This document shows positions 29,436 through 32,000 of a DNA stretch of 32,000 nt, in pieces. Numbering within the stretch: position 1 is the stretch's first letter; each line of letters starts with the position of its first letter. Made by a program: the position numbers and the translations under genes. The DNA lies in NCBI RefSeq assembly GCF_000014265.1, contig NC_008312.1:7680001-7712000 (forward strand). Reading direction: 5' to 3'. The notes beneath the pieces were generated by a model. That model searched no databases and had not been told where the DNA came from. It saw only the letters and a list, made by a program, of their open reading frames with translations. This DNA is from Trichodesmium erythraeum IMS101. Lineage in GTDB: Bacteria; Cyanobacteriota; Cyanobacteriia; Cyanobacteriales; Microcoleaceae.

Positions 29436-29954
29436 TTACGAAACCGCAGCTGATGCACGGTCAAAGTAGCCACCAATCTCAGCACATAGAGCCGAACAAT
29501 CTCCCGGAGTAATACCTGCAGGATCGTTAGCAATAGCAAGAGCTGCCTCTTTCATTTTTTGAACACCTGCTGCTACAGAAGCTCCAGGAGTTCCTAAAGC
29601 TAAGTATGTTTCACGAAGGCCATTGAGACAACGGTCATCTAGTACACTTCCATCACCAGAGAAAATAGCATAAGTTACATAACGTAAAATGATTTCCATG
29701 TCGCGCAGGCAAGCAGCCATACGACGGCTTGTATAAGCATTTCCACCAGGAGCAATCAACTGAGGCTGCTCCGCGAATAAAGCACGAGCTGCATTAGCAA
29801 CGATAGTAGAAGCGTTACTAGTAATACGGTTAACTGCATCTAAACGCTTATTACTATCTCCGACCATTTTAGTTAAAGCATCAATTGTCGCAGTAGGAAC
29901 AAAATCACCCCTGGCATCTGCCTGGGAAACTATTTTTGTAAAAGCATCAAACAT
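29436..29954 (-). CDS. cpcB: phycocyanin beta subunit
   Basis: 172 aa. Cys-82 is in [16 protein letters not shown] and Cys-153 is in [11 protein letters not shown] aggaga lies 8 nt upstream of the ATG. Confidence 0.95.
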   Translation of the reverse strand: MFDAFTKIVSQADARGDFVPTATIDALTKMVGDSNKRLDAVNRITSNASTIVANAARALFAEQPQLIAPGGNAYTSRRMAACLRDMEIILRYVTYAIFSGDGSVLDDRCLNGLRETYLALGTPGASVAAGVQKMKEAALAIANDPAGITPGDCSALCAEIGGYFDRASAAVS

Positions 29955-30095
29955 TGATTAATTCTCCTAATTTTATTTTTTTTAGTTACTTTCCGATGCT
30001 ATGGGTATTTTTTTAGTTTTTTCCGATTAGGTGTCTATGCCTGGCAATGGAAAAGTTAATATCAGGACTTTTTAAGAATCCTGATTAAAATATTA

Positions 30096-30134
30096 CACTG
30101 TTTATGAGAAGTCTTTCAAGCTCATAAATCAGTG
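30096..30134. other. strong stem-loop in the pebB-cpcB spacer (leader structure or terminator)
   Basis: cactgtttatgag-aagtctttcaag-ctcataaatcagtg forms 13 bp with one bulged base. On the plus strand it is followed by ttttta, and on the minus strand by taatatttta. A second 7-bp hairpin, atcagga..tcctgat, lies at 30061..30085. Confidence 0.5.
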
Positions 30135-30203
30135 TTTTTATTGATTTTCTCCTATCTTTTAAACCCTTCAGATATTCTTTATACAATGCTGTTGTATTTT
30201 TGT

Positions 30204-30219
30204 TTGTTACAATTTGTTA
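30204..30219 (+). promoter_or_regulatory. direct hexamer repeat TTGTTA-N4-TTGTTA (candidate transcription-factor site)
   Basis: ttgtta (30204..30209), caat, ttgtta (30214..30219), giving a 10-bp period. A degenerate ttgtat lies at 30192..30197. The 12-bp palindrome tttgacgtcaaa at 30229..30240 is adjacent. Function not demonstrated. Confidence 0.3.
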
Positions 30220-30243
30220 ACAAACTTCTTTGACGTCAAAAAG

Positions 30244-31014
30244 TTAAGCAGGATTCAAGGCCAATTTTCTTTCTAGATCAAACAGAAAGCCATGAATATA
30301 CTCTTCTGTCCACTCATGGCCATAAAATCGGGTCAACATTTTCCTGGCTGGATCTTTTTCCGCTCGATATCTGAGATAACGCAGTTGGGCTTCTTTTATT
30401 TCTGCTAATTTCTCTGAATTAGTAATCTGCTCTGTTTGCTTGACAAAAATCAAATAAGCTTGCAAATAATCTTTGAACGCCTCGAACACTCTTGTCTCAA
30501 CTAACTCAGTTTTCTGAGGACGAGTCCAAAGAAAAGCTGGAGAAAAGAATGGGGTTGCTTCTTCTGGAAAATCACCTCCCCAAGGTAAATATTTCTGATG
30601 TTTTTGGAACGTCTCCCATATTGGCTCAGTATACTTTTTTTGATACTGAAGGTTATCCCGAAATAAGGGCTGCATATCTAGGGCGATTAAATGTCCCCCT
30701 GGCAAGGAAACTAGGTCTGCCCCAAAAAAGGGTAAGTCATAATTAAGATGAGGGAATATAACAAAATTCAACACTTGGAGGGCACTGCCACCTTGGACAT
30801 GGGCAGCTCGGATTTGCCTGAGTTTGGGGCTACAGTGAGCATAACTAGTTGTCTGTACTTCTTGTTGCTTTTTGCCTTTACCAGTCATAGCAACTTTATG
30901 CTCAAATCCAGAAGGTATAGGGTAAGGTTGTAGTTCTAATTCCTCCTTAAGCTTAGTTAAAGCATAATCTAGAAAAGGTTGATATAAATTCACAATATTA
31001 TTAGTGGCTGTCAT
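30244..31014 (-). CDS. pebB: phycoerythrobilin:ferredoxin oxidoreductase
   Basis: 256 aa of the ferredoxin-dependent bilin reductase family. [51 protein letters not shown] and [35 protein letters not shown] match PebB as I remember it, not PcyA. Confidence 0.9.
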
Positions 31015-31015
31015 T

Positions 31016-31036
31016 TCAGTTGTCAGTTATTAGTAC
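31016..31036. repeat. STRR-type heptamers (TCAGTTG TCAGTTA TTAGTAC) in the pebB leader
   Basis: Read directly from the sequence. On the coding strand, ..taataactgacaactgaaATG matches the cpcT leader ..tgataactgataactgaaATG. Confidence 0.85.
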
Positions 31037-31551
31037 CTCCAGTTATACTAAATATTAAAAAATAATTTCTAACTTGAGTTGATTTTTAATTGTTAAGTAA
31101 TTAGTACTCTACTAATTACTTTTTTGATCATTAAAACCCTAAAAGCCTGTTAATTTCATAAAAGTTGTACGAACTTTGTGTATAACGTTCTTACCACTCC
31201 TAGCAAGAGTTAAGCTTAGGTTTCAACCATGAATAAAGTTTAACAAAAATTTATTAAATTAGTATGATCAGGAGGATAGAAAATTAAAAATTTCTTTTTT
31301 TCATCCCCTTGAAAGAAGGTCCTTAGGAAAATAATGGGTTTAAAGCTCCGTCTTGGAATGACTTAATAACTTCTTTAGTTACTCATTGAAAAGACCTATT
31401 TAAAAATTTATCAAAATAGCAAAGCTTTTATTATACACTATCTGTCTTTTAATTAGTTGTTATTATGATAGATGCTCTCAATAGTTAACAGCTTAATTTT
31501 TAATAGCTAATAGCTCACTGCCGAATACTTAGATTATATTTTAGCAATTAC

Positions 31552-31600
31552 ATTGATAAAAATAAGTTCACACCTCCCTGAAGTTCCTGGAGAGGTGTGA
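31552..31600 (-). terminator. Rho-independent terminator after pebA
   Basis: On the minus strand, tcacacctc-tccaggaacttcaggg-gaggtgtga has a 9-bp stem, possibly extended past a bulge. It is followed by acttattttta and starts about 30 nt after the pebA stop. Confidence 0.5.
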
Positions 31601-31630
31601 TAAAAATTCTTAACTTAATAGTTAACAAAC

Positions 31631-32000
31631 TCATCGAGTGCTAGTAGGAACTGCTAATGGTACAGCATCTTCAAACAAAAATTGGTAGAGAAATTTTTCT
31701 GACCATTCATGGCCAAAATAACTACTAAATAATCCTGATGCTGGGTCTCGCTCAGCACTATATTGATCGTAATCTTTTTGGGCTTTAACTATCTTTTGAA
31801 TCTCTGCTTCTGTCTGAATAATTTCTGCTTCATGTAACATTTGCCAATATAAACTAATATAATCTTTATAAGCTTGGAAAAATTTAGTCTGCACTGTCTG
31901 TGCATCTGTTTTGGCAAACAATAAATATTTAGAAAAATATTGATTAGCATCGTAAAACTTCATTTCTAAGTTTTGAGCCAAGTCATTATATTTTTCTCGT
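31631..32000 (-). CDS. pebA: 15,16-dihydrobiliverdin:ferredoxin oxidoreductase, C-terminal part (5' end outside the window)
   Basis: The frame stays open to the window edge (..REKYNDLAQNLEMKFYDANQYFSKYLLFAKTD...). KDYDQYSAERDPASGLFSSYFGHEWSEKFLYQFLFEDAV matches the PebA C-terminus as I remember it. Confidence 0.9.
   Translation of the reverse strand, partial: REKYNDLAQNLEMKFYDANQYFSKYLLFAKTDAQTVQTKFFQAYKDYISLYWQMLHEAEIIQTEAEIQKIVKAQKDYDQYSAERDPASGLFSSYFGHEWSEKFLYQFLFEDAVPLAVPTSTR

Overview
This is a visibly AT-rich cyanobacterial chromosomal segment. The evidence for that is 12 HIP1 octamers (GCGATCGC), STRR-type tandem heptamers and phycobilisome genes. Together these fit a filamentous Nostocales-like organism best, but the taxon is an inference.

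Left and middle of the window hold housekeeping genes:
- a small membrane protein followed by ybeY, dgkA and trpG/pabA
- gcvP and gcvH
- an alpha/beta hydrolase, mazG, a TPR protein and a 1-Cys peroxiredoxin

The right third is a pigment cluster on the minus strand. Its order is pebA(partial)-pebB-cpcB-cpcA-cpcE-cpcF-[IS903-like insertion]-cpcT, followed by a CYP120-like P450 pseudogene. No rod-linker genes (cpcC/D/G) and no pcyA are present at the locus.

The window looks eroded:
- Summing my own calls, only about 13.5 kb (about 42%) is intact CDS.
- About 6-7 kb is IS elements or pseudogenes: two IS5-family copies, an IS903-like copy with a 9-bp target duplication, a decayed DDE_Tnp_4/Harbinger-like IS, an IS630 remnant, a MITE-like element and solo IS ends.
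- The rest is long AT-rich spacers.

I found no rRNA, tRNA, CRISPR array, defence system or toxin-antitoxin system that I can support.

The most interesting signals are:
- PEB-synthesis genes placed directly in front of a linker-less phycocyanin operon
- a near-identical STRR-heptamer leader between an SD-like box and the ATG of both cpcT and pebB
- a recurrent GGGTTTAAAG motif upstream of five genes, three of them pigment genes
- a TTGTTA-N4-TTGTTA repeat and strong hairpins in the pebB-cpcB spacer
- a decayed duplicate of the gcvH tail
- a P450 inactivated by two nonsense codons two codons apart

All homology statements come from reading the translations and from memory of the families. No database search was run.
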